In this document: positions 62,320 to 64,000 of the stretch, piece after piece | How the letters are laid out: each line of letters starts with the position of its first letter | How positions within the stretch are numbered: the stretch's first letter is position 1 | Source of the DNA: an uncultured Acidobacteriota bacterium | GTDB taxonomy: Bacteria > Acidobacteriota > UBA6911 | Reading direction: 5' to 3' | DNA length: 64,000 nt | NCBI GenBank assembly: GCA_963843575.1 | Contig: CAWJKZ010000013.1 | Span: 576,001 to 640,000 of the forward strand | Position numbers and translations under genes: made by a program | Notes under the pieces: model-generated | What the model was told of the DNA's origin: nothing | The model's input: the letters and a program-made list of their open reading frames with translations, nothing else | The model's database searches: none

Positions 62320-63630
62320 ATGAGCGTCTGGGCGCAGGTACTAGCATGTGTTGGGAAGAAGGTCAGCCGGCAGTGCTTTGAGACCTGGTTTCAGCCGCTG
62401 GCGTTCGCCGGTTCCGACGCCAGCTCGCTCCACCTCGTGGCCCCGAACGAAAACTTCAAGAAGTGGTTTCTCGACAACTACGCCGAAACGCTCCGGGCGG
62501 CGGTCCACGAGGTCACGCGGGCGCCGCTTGCCATCCACATCTCGGTGGAGAAGATTCCCCCGGCGGACGCGACGCCAAAGCCCCCGGAAAACCAGGACGG
62601 CAGAGCCCCCGGCCTCAATCCCAAATACACCTTTAACTCGTTCGTGGTCGGCTCCAGCAACCAGTTCGCCCGGGCGGCAGCCCACGCTGTAGCCGAGCAG
62701 CCTTCGAAGGCGTACAACCCGCTGTACATCTATGGCGGCGTCGGCCTCGGGAAGACCCACCTGATGCACGCCGTCGGTCACTTCATCCAGCAGAAGAACC
62801 CCCGGTTGCGCCAGTCCTACATGTCCTCCGAACGGTTCATGAACGAGCTGATCAACTGCATCCGCTACGACCGCACGCTTCAGTTCCGCGAGAAGTACCG
62901 CAACATCGACGTCCTGCTGATTGACGACATCCAGTTCATCGCCGGGAAGGAACGGACCCAGGAAGAGTTCTTCCACACGTTCAACGCGCTCTACGACGCC
63001 CAGAAACAGATCGTCATCACAAGCGACTGCCCTCCGCGGGAAATCCCGACCATCGAGGAACGGCTCCACTCCAGGTTCGAGTGGGGTTTGATCGCCGATA
63101 TCCAGCCGCCGGACCTCGAGACCAAGATCGCGATCCTGCGCAAGAAGGCGGAGAGCGAGATCGGCCCGCTCTCCGACGCCGTATCGATGTTCATCGCCGG
63201 GAGCGTGCGCTCGAACGTCCGCGAACTGGAAGGCGCCCTCGTCCGCCTCGCCGCCCGCGCCTCCCTCGAGGGGATCCACCCCTCGGAGATCGACGTCGAT
63301 TACGCTCAGCTCGTCCTGAAGGACCTGATCGGTGAAGACCGCCGCGCCGTGTCGGTCGACATGGTCATCCGTGCCGTCTCCACCTACTACGGGCTGAGAC
63401 CGGCGCAGCTGAAGGCCAAGAACAATTCGCGCCCCATCGCTCAGCCGCGGCAGGTCGCGATGTACGTCTGCAAGCAGATGACCAAGCTCTCACTGCCGCA
63501 GATCGGCAAGGACTTCGGCGGCAAGCACCACACCACCGTGCTTCACTCCATCCGCAAGATCGATACGCTTCGCAGAAAAGACTCCGAAATCTCGGAAGCC
63601 ATCGCCAAAATCATGCAGTCCTTCCGCTAG
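62320..63630 (+). CDS. dnaA: Chromosomal replication initiator DnaA
   Basis: YNPLYIYGGVGLGKTHL, LLIDDIQF, SRFEWGL and GGKHHTTVLHS. Confidence 0.98.
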   Translation: MSVWAQVLACVGKKVSRQCFETWFQPLAFAGSDASSLHLVAPNENFKKWFLDNYAETLRAAVHEVTRAPLAIHISVEKIPPADATPKPPENQDGRAPGLNPKYTFNSFVVGSSNQFARAAAHAVAEQPSKAYNPLYIYGGVGLGKTHLMHAVGHFIQQKNPRLRQSYMSSERFMNELINCIRYDRTLQFREKYRNIDVLLIDDIQFIAGKERTQEEFFHTFNALYDAQKQIVITSDCPPREIPTIEERLHSRFEWGLIADIQPPDLETKIAILRKKAESEIGPLSDAVSMFIAGSVRSNVRELEGALVRLAARASLEGIHPSEIDVDYAQLVLKDLIGEDRRAVSVDMVIRAVSTYYGLRPAQLKAKNNSRPIAQPRQVAMYVCKQMTKLSLPQIGKDFGGKHHTTVLHSIRKIDTLRRKDSEISEAIAKIMQSFR

Positions 63631-63719
63631 GCGGTCCTGCCGCACGGCGCCCACCCGCGTCCCCTAAATCCTCAGCGGCATCAACAGCCGAAACCACCGC
63701 GTTCGATGGCATTCGAGGG

Positions 63720-63930
63720 TTTTGCACAGGCGGCCCGGCGCGGTGCCGCTGTGAATATCCGCTGCGCCGTTTTTTCCACCGTTTTGCGCCGTACTGCACC
63801 GACACCCGGTTTCTTTTGCACCCGCCAGCCCCCTCACCGCAAGTGCCTTAACGCGCTTTTGCACAAATCCACCGTTCCTACTATTTCTACTGGGATATAC
63901 ATTTGTCTATTTATCCCTATTAAGGAAAAA
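63720..63930 (+). other. oriC unwinding region downstream of dnaA
   Basis: DnaA boxes TTTTGCACA (63720, 63857) and TTTTCCACC (63772); motif TTTTGCACAAATCCACCGTTCCTACTATTTCTACT (63857-63891) followed by AT-rich sequence. Confidence 0.8.
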
Positions 63931-64000
63931 GCCCCAGATGCGTCCGGGGAACGATTTTGTGTATAATCGCGCCGTTCTCGATTCGGCACCCCACACTTCC

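Overview
A high-GC bacterial chromosome segment made mostly of housekeeping genes. The gene content suggests Acidobacteriota (inference). It ends in dnaA with DnaA-box clusters on both sides and a DnaA-box/DnaA-trio unwinding motif, so it lies next to oriC. Contents: cell-envelope glycosyltransferases with rmlA/rmlD, smpB-pepA, an Hfq-like gene, tmk-holB, yggS-yggU, the heat-shock operon (hrcA-grpE-dnaK-dnaJ-rsmE), degP/TIGR00300/ald, a PP2C/Ser-Thr kinase/queE/radical-SAM run, udk/deoC/phosphatase/hydA, a polar amino-acid ABC transporter with hutU, rpmE-DUF1385-prfA-prmC-murA, and rpsA-sppA-ihf-HIT. At least 11 genes carry frameshifts that are most likely sequencing indels. The most notable non-gene signals are: (i) a second cluster of DnaA boxes with an IHF-like site about 52 kb from dnaA, arranged like datA; (ii) a 130-bp MITE with perfect 33-bp inverted repeats that carries one REP type and sits in the loop of another REP type, with a TTCA duplication; (iii) an unannotated 58-aa ORF with a strong RBS and a sigma54-like promoter beside the kinase locus; (iv) an orphan VIT/VWA-like C-terminal fragment. 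No rRNA, tRNA, CRISPR array or transposase was recognised. All calls are from reading the sequence; no searches were run.
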